Origin: Ginglymostoma cirratum
Taxonomy: Eukaryota
Length of the DNA: 64,000 nucleotides
Assembly (NCBI GenBank): GCA_024137785.1
Contig: JAHRHZ010000021.1
Coordinates: 41,145,769 to 41,209,768 of the forward strand
Reading direction: 5' to 3'
A model generated the notes under the pieces. That model did no database searches, was not told the DNA's origin, and worked only from the letters and a program-made list of their open reading frames with translations. Numbering within the stretch: the stretch's first letter is position 1; each line of letters starts with the position of its first letter. Both the position numbers and the translations under genes were made by a program. Positions 40,660 through 53,497 of this stretch are shown piece after piece.

Positions 40660-43418
40660 GTCTGCCATTCTGGATGAGATGGTTGTTTAATGTTCCCGGG
40701 TATAAATATTTCAAAAGAAACAGGGAGGGAGGTAAAAGAGGTGGGGGAGTGGCATTGCTAATCAGAGATGGTATCACAGCTGCAGAAAGGGAGGTTGTGG
40801 AGGAGGGTTTCTCCACTGAGTCAGTATGGGTGGAAATCAGTAACAGGAAAGGAGCAGTCACTTCATTGGGAGTTTTCTATAGACCCCCCAGTAGCAACAG
40901 AGACACTGAAGAACAGATCGGGAGGTGGATTTTGGAAAGGTGTAGAAGTAATGGAGTTGTTGTCATGGGTGATAACTTCCCCAATATAGACTGGAACTTC
41001 CTAAGTGCAAATAGTTTGGATGGAGCAGATTTTGTCAGGTGTGTCCAGGAAGGATTTCTGACTCAATATATAGATAGGCCGACTAGAGGGGAGGCCATAT
41101 TGGATTTGGTGCTTGGCAACGAACCAGGTCAGGTGTCAGATATCTTGGTGGGAGAGCATTTTGGTGATAGTGATCACAACTCCCTGACCTTTACTATAGT
41201 CATGGAGAAGGATAGGAGCAGACAGTTTGGGAAAGTATTTAACTGGGGGAGGGGGAATTACAATGCTATTAGGCAAGAACTACAGAGCACCAATTGGGAT
41301 CAGATGTTCTCAGGGAAATGCACGATAGAAATGTGGAGGTAGTTTAGGGAGCAGTTGCTACAGGTACTGGATAGGTTTGTCCCACTGAGGCAAGGAAAGG
41401 ATGTTAAGGTGAAGGAACCTTGGATGAGAAGACATGTTGAACACCTAGTCAAGAGGAAGAAGGAAGCTTACTTCAGGTTTAGAAAGCAAGGATCGGACAG
41501 GGCTCCAGAGATCTACAAGGTACCCAGGAAGGAACTGAAGAATGGACTTAGGAGAGTTAGAAGTGGGTATGAGAAAATCTTGGTGGGTAGAATCAAGGAA
41601 AACCCCAAGGCTTTCTATACTTATGTGAGGAACAAGAAGATGGCCAGAGTGAGGGTAGGGCCAATCAAGGATAGTGGAGGAAACTTGTGCACGGAGTCAG
41701 GGGAGGTCCTTAATATATACTTTGCTTCAGTATTCACCAGTGAGAGGGACCTTAATGTTTGTGAGGACAGCATGAAATAGGCAGATAAGCTGGAACAGGT
41801 TGATGTTAGGAAGGAGGATGTGCTTGGAATTTTTAAAAACATGATGATAGATAAGTCCCCTGGGCCAGAAGGGATATATCCAAGGTTACTACGGGAAGCG
41901 AGGGAAGAGATTGCTGCCCCTTTGGCAATGATCTTTGCGTCCTCACTGTCCACTGGAGTAGTACCAGAAGATTGGAGGGTGGCAAATGTCATTCCCTTGT
42001 TCAAGAAAGGGAATAGGGATAATCCTGGAAATTACAAACCAGTCAGTCTTACTTCTGTGTTGGGCAAATTATTGGAGAGGATTCTGAGAGATGCTATTTA
42101 TGATTATTTAGAAAAGCACAGTTTGATTAGAAATAATCAGCATGGCTTTGTGAGGGGCAGGTCATGCCTCACAAGAATCATTGAATTCTTTGAGGATGTG
42201 ACAAAACACATTGATGAAGGTAGAGCAGTGGATGTGGTGTATATGGATTTTAGCAAGGCATTCGATAAGGTTCCACATGGTAGGCTCATTCAGAAAGTAA
42301 GGAGGCATGGGATTCAGGGAAATTTTGTTGTCTGGATACAAAACTAGCTGTCCAATCGAAGGCAGAGGGTGGTAGTAGATGGAAAGTATTCAGCCTGGAG
42401 CCCAGTGACCAGTGGTGTTCTACAGGGATCTGTTCTGGGACCTCTGCTTTTTGTGATCTTTATAAATGACTTGGATGAGGAAGTGGAAGGGTGGGTTAGT
42501 AAGTTTACCGATGACACAAAGGTTGGTGGAGTTGTGGACAGTGTGGAGGGCTGTTGTAGGTTGCAACGGGACATTGACAGGATGCAGAACTGGGCAAAGA
42601 AGTGGCAGATGGAATTCAACCCAGAAAAGTATGAAGTGATTCACTTTGGAAGGTCGAATTTGAATGCAGAATACAGGGTTAATGGCAGGATTCTTGGCAA
42701 TGTGGAGGAACAGAGGGATCTTGGGGCCCACGTCCATAGATCCCTCAAAGTCACCACCCAATTTGATAGGGTTGTATGGTGTGTTGGCTTCCATTGGCAG
42801 GGGGCTCTTTATAAATGAGTTTAAGAGCCATGAGGTTATGCTGCAGCTCTATAAAACTCTGATTAGACCACATTTGAAATAATGTGTTCAGTTCTGGTCA
42901 CCTCATTATAGGAAAGATGTGGAAGCTTTAGAGAGGGTGCAGAGGATATTTACCAGGATGCTGCCTGCAACGGACGGCAGGTCTTATGAGGAACAGTTGA
43001 GGGAGCTAGGGCTTTTTTCATTGAAGCGAAGAAGGATGAGAGGTGACTTGATAGAGGTTTACAAGATGATGAAAGGCATAGATAGAGTGGATAGTCAGAG
43101 ACTTTTTCCCAGAGTGGAAATGACTGTTACAAGGGGGCATAATTTTAAGGTGACTGGAGGAATGCATGTGGGAGACGTCAGAGGTAGGTTCTTTACACCG
43201 AGAGTGGTGGGCGTGCGGAATGCTCTGCTGGCAGTGGTAGTGGAGTCAGATACTTTAGAGACTTTGAAGCAACTCTTGGATAGGCACATGGAGGATAGTA
43301 AAATGTAGGGTATACAGGGTAGTTTGATCTTAGAGTAGGATAATAGGTTGGCACAACATCGTGGGCTGAAGAGCCTGTACTGTGCTGTACTGTTCTATGT
43401 TCTATGTTCTATGTTCTA
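40660..43418 (+). mobile_element. CR1 LINE, 5'-truncated, nearly complete but disrupted ORF2 (APE endonuclease + RT)
   Basis: EN motifs RGGGVALLI, GVFYRPP, MGD(F)NFPNIDW and SDHN. RT motifs KSPGPEGI, NYKPVSLTS, QHGFVRGRSC, YMDFSKAFDKVPH, QGSVLGPLLF and FTDD. Stops at about 41340, 41778 and 42345. Tail (TTCTATG)n at 43392-43418. Confidence 0.97.
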
Positions 43419-43697
43419 CGTAGATGCCTCTTGCCCTTAAATATTCTGTAGACAGTTGCCTGTGTAGTGAAGGGTGCAAGTTGTTCCTTCACCACAAACC
43501 ACAAAATCCAAGCAAGTATATTCAATAGTGTCTCATGAATTGGAAAATTGTCATTCAAAAATTACATGTACAGGCACACACATTGTAGAATCATAACTCG
43601 AATGCACTTAGGATACGTAATGGCTATTCACACCTGACTTAGCCAGGTACTTATTTAGAAATCAAGAAAGAAACAGAGAAGCTGAGAAGGCAAGGAG

Positions 43698-44120
43698 GCT
43701 GTGGATCAGTTGATTGCATCTTCTGAGTTAGACATTGAGACCTCAGCTCCTACTCCAGGCCAAGAGTAGAGGACCTTAGTTGACACTCCAGTGCAGTACT
43801 GAGAGAGTGCTACTCTGTTGGGCTTGTTTTTTAGGTGTGAAATTAAACAGGAGTCCCACCCTCCCTCGCAGATAGATATAAAAGAACCCAGAAAGATGCG
43901 CAGAGTAGTCATCGCTGGAGACCTGGGAATTTGAACAATATAAGTATTCCTTAATCAACCTAGCAGAAACAGATTATCTGGTCGTTATCAAATTCCTCTG
44001 CGTGGGAGCTTAACTGTGCACATATTGGCTGCTAATTGTCCTACATTACAACAGTGACAGCACTTCAAGAAGTATTTTACATTCAATGGTCATGAAAGAT
44101 GCTGTCTCAATCCAAGTTCT
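43698..44120 (+). mobile_element. DeuSINE-type SINE
   Basis: GACACTCCAGTGCAGTACTGAGAGAGTGCT core. Tail ACATTACAACAGTGACAGCACTTCAAGAAGTA is complementary to the 5925 copy. Confidence 0.75.
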
Positions 44121-45482
44121 TCCTGCTAACAAAAAAATTCATGCTCATGTCCATGGAGTTTTCAGGGAAAGAGGCATTTGTATGAGCTTAACTCAGAACA
44201 CCACATTTTACATACCCAGCCCAGAGTGGGCACTCAGACTGAACCAGGACCGAAGACATGGGTCCAGTCTGTCCTGTTTTATCAGTCTGAATACATGTAA
44301 CACTGCTTCTAATCAGGACTAGTTTAATATTATCACTTGTCAGTTACTATTGCAAGCTTGCTTTTGAAGCTGCAATTCATCAAAAAGGAATTTGAAAGAA
44401 CAATGCTTCCTTCAGAACATATCCTGAATTTATAACTCAGCCAAGATTAATTAAGATACATCAAAGAAATCTTGCCAAAATATACTTTTGATAAAAAACA
44501 TTTTCATAACACGTTTCCCAGCAAATTATCAATGATTATACTATGCCCAAAGAGGATTAAATCCTTCTCTATTTCAGTCTTCTTTATTTCTTCTTACTTT
44601 TTTGTGTATATTAATGTTTTCAATATTTTGGATTATATTTCTTCATTAATTTATTTCAAGTTCACTTGTCTTGATTTTTGTCATTTTTATAATATTTTGT
44701 CTGACTTTCAGAAAAAGAAAATTAATAGTATTGTTTGATGTAAAATATTTTGACATTTTCATCTTTCCTCAAATTATTTTGCTGTATTTATCTTCTGTGT
44801 TTCATATTATGGCACTGTTTTAGAGCCTCTGATCATGTCTGTCTTATTTTGCTACAATTCCCAAATTCAGGCTTTCAGCTATTCTTGTTTCACTCCAGAA
44901 AGAGGAGACCAGCTTCTGGCAATGTACAAAATGGACAATGAGCAAGGTGGCAATTTTTTTTCCACTTTTCCACATTTCTTTTACAGAATAGAAAATGGTC
45001 TGCTGGTCTGTTTTTGTCCATTTTGCACTACAACCCAAAACTAATTTCATCCCGAGATAGTGGGAACCGTAGATGCTGGAGAATCTGAAATAACAAGGTA
45101 TAGAGCTGGATGAACACAGCAGGCCAAGCAGCATCAGAGGAGCAGGAAGGCTGACGTTTCGGGCCTAGACCTTTCTTCAGAAATGGGGGAGAGGAAGGTT
45201 GTTCTGAAATAAATAGGGAGAGAGGGGGAGGCGGACAGAAGGTGGATAGAGGAGAAGATAGGTGGAGAAGAGACAGACAGGTCAAAGATGCGGGGATGGT
45301 GCCAGTAAAGGTGAGTGTAGGTGGGAGGAGGGGATAGGTGAGAGGAAGAACAGGTTAGGGAGGCGGGGACGAGCTAGGCTGGTTTGGGATGCGGTGGGGG
45401 GAGGGGAGATTTTGAAACTTGTGAAGTCCACATTGATATCATTGGGCTGCAGGGTTCCCAAGCGGAATGTGAGTTGCAACCT

Positions 45483-46031
45483 TCAGGTGGCATCGTTGTG
45501 GCACTGCAGGAGGCCCAGGATGAACATGTCGTCTGAGGAATGGGATGGGGAGTTGAAATGATTCGCGACTGGGAGGTGCAGTTGTTTAGTGCAAACTGAG
45601 CGTAGGTGTTCTGCAAAGCGGTCCCCAAACCTCCTCTTGGTTTCCCCAATGTAGAGGAGGCCACAACGGGAACAGTGGATGCAGTATACCACATTAGCCA
45701 ATTGGGAATAGGGGATGGCATTTTTGCAGGAAGGTGTGTGGGAGGAGTTGTATTCTAGGTAGCTGTGGGAGTCGGTGGGCTTGAAATGGATATCGGTTTC
45801 TAGGTGGTTACCAGAGATGGATACAGAGAGGTCCAGGAAGGAAAGAGAGGTATTAGAGATGGTCCAGGTGAACTTAAGGTTGGGGTGGAAGGTGTTGGTG
45901 AAGTGGATGAACTGTTCGAGCTCCTCGTGGAAGCACAAGGCGGCGCCGATACAGTCATCAATGTAACAGAGGAAGAGGTGGAGTTTAGGGCCAGTGTAGG
46001 TATGGAAGAGGGATTGTTCCACATAACCTAC
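45483..46031 (-). pseudogene. PLE RT C-terminus joined in frame to GIY-YIG by an internal deletion
   Basis: ORF 45483..46094: LFLCYIDDCIG...LSFLDL...KPTDSHSYL...AIPYSQL|ANVVYCIHCSRCGLLYIGET. Confidence 0.85.
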
Positions 46032-46748
46032 ACGTACCATCCCACCAACCTCCAGATCCAATGCATCATCCTCCGACACTTCCGCCATCTGCAATCCGAC
46101 CTCACCATCAAAGACATTTTTCCCTCCCCACCCTTACCTGCTTTCAGGAGGGACCACTCTATCCATGACTCCCTTGTCCACTCCACACTCCCCTCCAGCC
46201 CCACCACACCTGGCACTTTTCCCTGCAACCGCAGGAAGTGCTACGCCTGCCCCTACACCTCTCCCCTCAACACCATCCCAGGCCCCAAGAAGACTTTCCA
46301 CATCAAGCAGATGTTCACCTGCACATCTGCTAATGTGGTATACTGCATCTGCTGTTCCCGTTATGGCCTCCTCTACATTGGGGAAACCAAGCGGAGGCTT
46401 GGGGACCGCTTTGCAGAACACCTGCGCTCGGTTCGCACTAAACAACTGCACCTCCCAGTCGCGAACCATTTCAACTCCCCCTCCCATTCCTCAGACGACA
46501 TGTCCATCCTGGGCCTCCTGCAGTGCCACAACGATGCTACCCGAAGGCTGCAGGAACAGCAACTCATATTCTGCTTGGGAACCCTGCAGCCCAATGATAT
46601 CAATGTGGACTTCACAAACTTCAAAATCTCCCCTCTCACTACTGCATCCCAAAACCGGCCCAGCTCATCCCCGCCTCCCCAGCCTGTCCTTCCTCCCACG
46701 TATCCCCTCCTCCCACCTCAAGCCCCACCCCCATCTCCCACCTACTAA
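46031..46748 (+). pseudogene. PLE linker/Cys motif plus GIY-YIG endonuclease fragment
   Basis: TYHP...FPCNRRKCYACP...FTCTSANVVYCICCSRYGLLYIGETKRRLGDRFAEH in ORF 45804..46748. The N-terminal part of that ORF is antisense of the left arm. Confidence 0.85.
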
Positions 46749-49312
46749 CCTCATCCCGCCCCCTTGATCTGTCTGTCCACCCTGGAGTGACCTATCTCCT
46801 CCCTACCTCCCCACCTACACTCACCTTTACTGGCTCCATCCCCGCCTCTTTGACCTGTCTGTCTCCTCTCCACCTATCTTCTCCTCTATCCATCTTCTAC
46901 CCACCTCCCCCTCTCTCCCTAATTATTTCAGAATCCCCTTCTCCTCCCCCATTTCTGAAGAAGAGTCTAGGCCCAAAACGTCAGCCTTCCTGCTCCATCG
47001 ATGCTGCTTGGCCTGCTGCGTTCATCCAGCTCTACACCTTGTTATCACTAATTTCATCCCCTAACTTTTACTTATTCACACCATTATGTTTTGTATTTCT
47101 AGCTATGTTATTGCAGCTTCCAGTCACATTCTGTTCCTGCCTTTTTGCATGTCTACCCCATTCTACTGCTTTCTTTTTTCACATGCTTAGTACATCACAA
47201 TGTTGCACTTTAACAGTTCTCTTTTTTCTGGTCAGCACAATGCCAAAAACCAGTGCAGCACCAGACACTCTTGTGAAGCTATTCTTAACTTGTATTGTTG
47301 GGGTGCACACAACAAATTTAAACCTGGTAAATTATCGGTTTCCACTTTTACAGATGATAGTGACATTGGGTACAGGAAAAGCATTCTATTCTTTGATAAA
47401 CCAGAATAAACTAATAATCATTAAAAAAGAAATAGAATATTAAAATGTTAGTAACCAAAATAGTGTCTTATCACAGCCACAATTTATTTTTAGTCCTAAA
47501 TTTAGTCAACCAATATCCTCTAGAAAACACAGTGATAAGGATAACAATTATTGTGATTTCAAACCACCATGATACAGGCTACTCTTTAATATCTAGAACA
47601 ACTACTACAGTCTGGTTTAAATCTTTTGAGATTTTCAGGTGTTTCCACAAGGATATCTGCTATCAGAATTCAATGGAAACACCAAACATCCATGAAACAT
47701 TTATTGACTAATGCATCTAATTATTTCCAGAAGCGCCCTACCATTTGGATGATTTGCCATAATGTGTGAAGTTGCAGACACATACTTGGGGAGACCTGTA
47801 AAAGTAAACAGCAATTGGAGTGGGGATCACAGAAGGCAAAGAGAAATGCAGGCAACTGAGATCCTCAAATTGTCAGCCTTCAAAAAATTCACAAGATACA
47901 AAGCCATAATGTGAACTGCACTCATATAAGTCCTTAACTAAGACCTTTTTAAACACTCAACTTAACGTTTTTGAAAAGCAATCTCTTTAAGTCATATATT
48001 TGCTCAGGCACTTACGAAAATGCCAAGCAACATATTAAGCTGCTGAGGACTATTTCATATCTGTCAAGTTAAACAATAATAGGTAAATACAGACTGTAGT
48101 TTGCCAAACCGAGCACAGGATAGGTCATTAAAAAGTTGGTCTTTCTTAATTATTTAATACTTCAGACCATGAATTGTTTGGATAATTTAGTAAGAATGCC
48201 AATATTATCCTCAAGTTGATCATCTTCAAGTTTCAAAGTGCAATCTGAAAGTAACCTTCGATCAACTACCACACAAATAACTAGAGGTTAGAGTGGCTCC
48301 AACAGATTAAGCATAAAGGAATGTCAGAATTTTTTTCTGGCCTCTGAAATAGCATCCCAATTTAATGCAAACCAGCACTAAATAATAAATAGATTTGTGC
48401 CATTGTTTGCAAATATTGAAATCCAATTTGAAAATGTCCAAAACACATTTTTTATAGACTCTTTGAGCGAAGTGAGATTGTAAATTGTCTATTCTATCAA
48501 TCTGTGCAGAATTCAATCCTAATTTCAAGACGTGAAAGCACCGAATGGAACTGACCCACAAAGCCCTACAGTTCCAAGGTTGATTCATTAGGATTCTTCA
48601 GAAGAAGGGATAACTTCAACAATTTATGGTGTAAAACACGAACATCTGTTGAAAGATTATTGAGCTAAAATGTTAGCTAATCCTAAACCTAAAATATTAG
48701 CTCTGTTTCTCGGTCTGTAGCCGTTGCCTGACCTGCTGATTATTTCCACTATTTTCTGTTTTCACTTTTGATTTTATTTATTTAAATATTGTTCGTTGTT
48801 TGCCTTCCTTTGTTTTGCTGGTTGCAAATATACTGCTATTATTTGATCAAATATAGACTAATTCCATCGATAATTAATACTGAAATATTGCTGGTGATGC
48901 CTTGGAAACTGCTGTGTAATTGTGCTCTGAGCTTTTCTGAGTAGTTGAAGATTTATTCCACTCTTTAAGAATATAATGCGGTGAAAGAGTTCCCTGTATC
49001 ATTTCCTGTAAATGAAACGCAGAATGGTCAATATCTAATTTCAGTAAATGACATTCTTGAGCAGACAGATGCTGGTGTACTGACGTTGCTGCCGCATTCC
49101 ATGATTACAATATTGATTGCCTTCACAAGTTTAAAGCCGCTTTGGAAGAAATGGAGTTTTGAGAAGAGGCAGTGACATAGATTACAATCACTGTGAGCTG
49201 AATAAACCAGTTCGTCAGAAGGAAGCAGTTTGAACTATCCTCCAATCATACCCACTGGCATCAAACTGAACGAGTCCTGACAAAACAAATACTTTAACAT
49301 TATAGTATATAA

Positions 49313-49700
49313 TGGGGAGGTGGTAGAAGAGTGGTCATGCAGCCACAATAAGTGGCAACCTAATAATCCAGAGTTCAGAGTTCAATGTTACTATGGCACC
49401 TGATGGAATTTAAAATAAGTTAATAAATCTGGAGAAATAAGCTAGTCTCGGTAACAATGACCATGAAACTATCATTAATTATTATTAAAACCCACCTGTT
49501 TCTCTAATGTCCTTTAGGGAAGGAAATCTGCCATCCTTACCCAGTCTGGCCCACACGTGACTCCGGGCCTACAGCAATGGGTTTGACTCTTAATTGCCCT
49601 CTACAAAGGCCAAGTAAGCCATTCAGTTCCAGAGCAATTAGGAACGAACAACAAGTGGCCTTGTCTGTAATGACCACACCCCGTGAAAGAACAAAGAGAA
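49313..49700 (+). mobile_element. tRNA-headed SINE, intermediate variant
   Basis: CTAATGTCCTTTAGGGAAGGAAATCTGCCATCCTTACC body shared with the 25660 and 59213 copies. Confidence 0.75.
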
Positions 49701-51072
49701 AAAAATTCAGTGAAATTTTTCACATGGAGTTATAGCATGCTTCAGTTTCCAAGAAAGTACTAATTTTTAGTACTTATAACATCGTCATTTTAAGTTAGTG
49801 TCATATTTTTGCATACTCTTTATGATTCATAAGCAATGAAGCCATTTTAAGTATATCCACATTGAGCCACACATCACTAATGAATTGATCTGGGCCAGAT
49901 TAGTAGAACAGTTATACTTGACCTTAGAGCTCATTGACTATTGACAAGAAAATCCTCAAGCTCCAGCTTCTGTAACCATACAGGACAATGTGTAAGTGCA
50001 GGTGTGGACAAGATGAGGCTTAGCTGGTCCTTCCTCCCTGCCATCTTATACTGAAGACCATTTGTTGGTTTCTCTAACAGACAAAGAACACCATTTAGAT
50101 TGACACTTTAACATGAGCAATCTCACTCAGAAATGGGGACTAGAATAGGAAAAGATAAAATGCACACTTCGTTCACACAAATGTCAAAACATTTGATTCA
50201 TTTAAGAAGATCTTACCCTGCTTTGACTTGGTGCTTGTGTGATGATAAAGTACAGGAGCAGAGGTAAATTCCTTAATCCAACCAGGCACTGAACTTCAGT
50301 ATGTGTCAATGTTACCCAAAAACACCATGTCCTTTTGTGATTTGCCACTTGATGAATGAAGAATACTGTTTTTCTTCACCTTATCATTCCATAATTGCCA
50401 TTGAAATCAAAGGCTGTACTGCTTTTGTTCTGAGGTGGGAACTTCAGTTATGGAAAGGATGAGAAGGCTTAGAACGAACCAATTGGGATCATTATCTCTA
50501 CACATGCATCAACTTGGTAGCTCCACTGTTTGATCATTGAACTTAACTCTAGACAATCTTGCCCTTCAATCCTGACAAGTTTCACTCAATGTTTTATTGG
50601 TGGTAAAACATAGGACAAAACAGAAAGGGAGAAGTGACTAAACTGCAATGGGCATATCATTACTGGATCTTCTGTCTGTTTTATACCCAATGTCAAGTAA
50701 ACATCTCCCGTTTCATGTTAAATCAAATTTGACCTGTCTCTGTGTCCCACAAAAAAGGAGACTTAAAATACTAAATCAGCTCATTTTCTTCTATTCTTCA
50801 CCTCTCATACCATATGTCATCACCTCTCTTTGGGAAGAGCTTTATCATTGCTCCTGAATAGTTGGCATTAGTGCAGAGTACAAGAGGAAACAAAAGTGTT
50901 GATTTTCTTTTCTGTTCTTCCAACATTCTTCATTCTATCTGTTTGTTCCTCCTTGAATAATTCAAGATGATCAGAAATTTGCCATAACACCAAGCCAATG
51001 TGTATATATGGTCATCAATTTACTGCATCCAACATTATAATAACAAATACGTACCATGCCTCTTCCAGAATG

Positions 51073-51198
51073 TGGAGGTGCCAGTGTTGGACTGGGGTGG
51101 ACGAAGTCAGAAGTCACACAACACAAGGTTATAATCCAACAGGTTTATTTGAAATCACAAGCTTTCGGAGTGTAGCCCCTGCATCAAATGAAGTCTAT
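51073..51198 (-). mobile_element. Penelope-like 3'-end fragment (family C) with degenerate hammerhead (51155-51191)
   Basis: Perfect 12-bp TSD TCTTCCAGAATG (51061-51072 / 51199-51210). Minus strand reads UCAU-UUGAUGC-A-GGGGC UAC ACUCC-GAAA-GCUU-GUGA, followed by AATAAA. Confidence 0.75.
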
Positions 51199-52883
51199 TC
51201 TTCCAGAATGGCACACAAGTTAACAAATTTGAAGAAAATATGCTGACAGTTTTCAGAAAATTGGAAACAGAAAAAGAATCAACCTCAAAGGATTAATTTT
51301 CAACCAGATGAACATTGTTGACTATCTTTTGCATCTCCAGTTTGTTCAAAAAGTGCTAAAAACAATTTCTAAACAGCCTAAAAGCAACCGAGTGAATTTG
51401 AAGTAGAGTAAATGCTTGTTAACAGGCACCCTGCTGATAGAATATTCATTTAAATTGAACATTCGTTCAGCTGATTATTCATTCATTCACAGTGAGCTGA
51501 AATGCAAAACCTGCTGCTTTTTAAGAATGTTTTAGACTTTGGGGTGGGAATGTTGCAAATTAGAGACAGGATTTAAGCAATGTCAATTTGTTATTGCATA
51601 CCATCCTCAGCACAGTCAATCTACTCTTTATCCTACGCCTAGGTACTTGCACACAATTTATAACAGAGAATTGTTAATAGCAGCTAAGAGTGCCAAAACC
51701 TGCCTAAAATCATAACTTAAACAAACACTGTAAGCAGCATGAAAGAAAATACTTCTAGTACATGGAGTAGTGGATAAAACTGAGTTGAAACACAGCTGTA
51801 ACAGTAACGTCATGTGGAATTGAGTGCCCAGGGCATTCAGTGTTAACTGAGACAAACCTGCAGTAATTGTAAACTGTAATGTGCCATGTTGATACAATGT
51901 TGTTGAGATAGTGCCCATATTTCTCTGAAGCACATTCCATACTCAAAAGCCACGTTCCAAATGTCAATGAACCTAAAGAAACTTGGGTAACTGCACTTAA
52001 TCTAGATTATATGAGCAAAATATAACACCATTAACTCAGTTAACATAAAGAAGCAGTGACTCATTGAGATTGCTTTAGCCTCTTAACCACAGCAGTCACT
52101 TCAAAGATTATTTTTGAATCAGTTTCACAGATGTCTGGGACAGATACTACAGCACTAATCTCTAGCTAAAGGCTGCTGCTTTTAAGTGCACACAGTGATG
52201 TTGAGAGTATATTTTTCTCTTATAAATGTTTTCTTTCTTCTCTCTTCAACCAAAGGTATTGTCCAATCATGGCAAACCACTTCATGGTCTTCTGTTGCTT
52301 TCCACTTAATGTAATACAATTGGTTGTTTGTAAGTCTTGACAGACAGTCCAAATCCATGGGGTGTCCAATGACACATTTGTCATAATTCTTGATACACTG
52401 TGCCCAGAATTTTAGGGATTTCGGCATCCTTAGGGAACCGTGGCCCTAACCCTCAAAACAGCTGTCATACATCGTCTTCCTGCAAATGTTCTGGATAATA
52501 ATCTGGATAGGGAATGCTGTTTATGTTTTCCCTTTCCTAACCTTAGGGAACTGAGATTAAGTTAAGAATCTTTAGTTATAGGAGAGACCAACCAATTTGT
52601 ATTAATATACAGCAGCCACACTGGTTATACTGAAAGCCACACTATTCATTTTTCTAATGGCATGTTTCAATGGCAGGTCGACTAACCTAACTCAAAATCC
52701 AAAATTAATTAGTTTTTTGTACTCAGCCTTATATAGCCACGGGGAAAGTCAGTAAATATTTTACTGCACTGAGATTTAAACAAGTGGCAGGCCAATTCTC
52801 AAAAGCAGAGGTTTCTTTTGCCTCCAAACATGTATTTACCATCCCCGAGACACAAAGCGCGTAAAAAAGCATTTTATCATGGC

Positions 52884-53497
52884 ATAACAAGGTGTAGAGC
52901 TGGATGAACACAGCAGGCCAAGCAGCATCAGAGGAGCAGGAAGGCTGACGTTTCAGGCCTAGACCCTTTTCNNNNNNNNNNNNNNNNNNNNNNNNNNNNN
53001 NNNNNNNNNNNNNNNNNNNNNNNNNNNNNNNNNNNNNNNNNNNNNNNNNNNNNNNNNNNNNNNNNNNNNNNNNNNNNNNNNNNNNNNNNNNNNNNNNNNN
53101 NNNNNNNNNNNNNNNNNNNNNNNNNNNNNNNNNNNNNNNNNNNNNNNNNNNNNNNNNNNNNNNNNNNNNNNNNNNNNNNNNNNNNNNNNNNNNNNNNNNN
53201 NNNNNNNNNNNNNNNNNNNNNNNNNNNNNNNNNNNNNNNNNNNNNNNNNNNNNNNNNNNNNNNNNNNNNNNNNNNNNNNNNNNNNNNNNNNNNNNNNNNN
53301 NNNNNNNNNNNNNNNNNNNNNNNNNNNNNNNNNNNNNNNNNNNNNNNNNNNNNNNNNNNNNNNNNNNNNNNGAAAAGGGTCTAGGCCTGAAACGTCAGCC
53401 TTCCTGCTCCTCTGATGCTGCTTGGCCTGCTGTGTTCATCCAGCTCTACACCTTGTTATCTCAGATTCTCCAGCATCTGCAGTTCCTACTATCTCTG
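52884..53497. mobile_element. Inverted Penelope-like element (family A) spanning an assembly gap
   Basis: Sequences on the two sides of the gap are exact reverse complements and match the ends of 45054-47046. Degenerate TSD ATTTTATCATGGCAT / ATTTTATTATGGTAT. Confidence 0.85.
52972..53371. other. Assembly gap (400 N)
   Basis: Run of N. Confidence 1.

Larger units (their letters stand above)
45054..47046. mobile_element. Penelope-like retroelement, inverted (fold-back) 5'-truncated insertion (family A)
   Basis: Left arm (minus, about 46031->45054) encodes RT YIDD, FLDL and GIY-YIG (VVY...YIGET..R..EH). Right arm (plus, 46031->47046) encodes CNRRKCYACP and GIY-YIG. Perfect 14-bp TSD ACTAATTTCATCCC at 45040-45053 and 47047-47060. 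Confidence 0.95.

Noticed and set aside
40640-43425. Active full-length CR1
   Set aside because: Lacks ORF1 and 5' UTR, and ORF2 has several stops and frameshifts. The GTAGAT flanking match is too short to call a TSD.
46787-47443. 218-aa ORF
   Set aside because: Reads through the low-complexity C/T-rich PLE 3' region into flanking DNA and has no domain signature.
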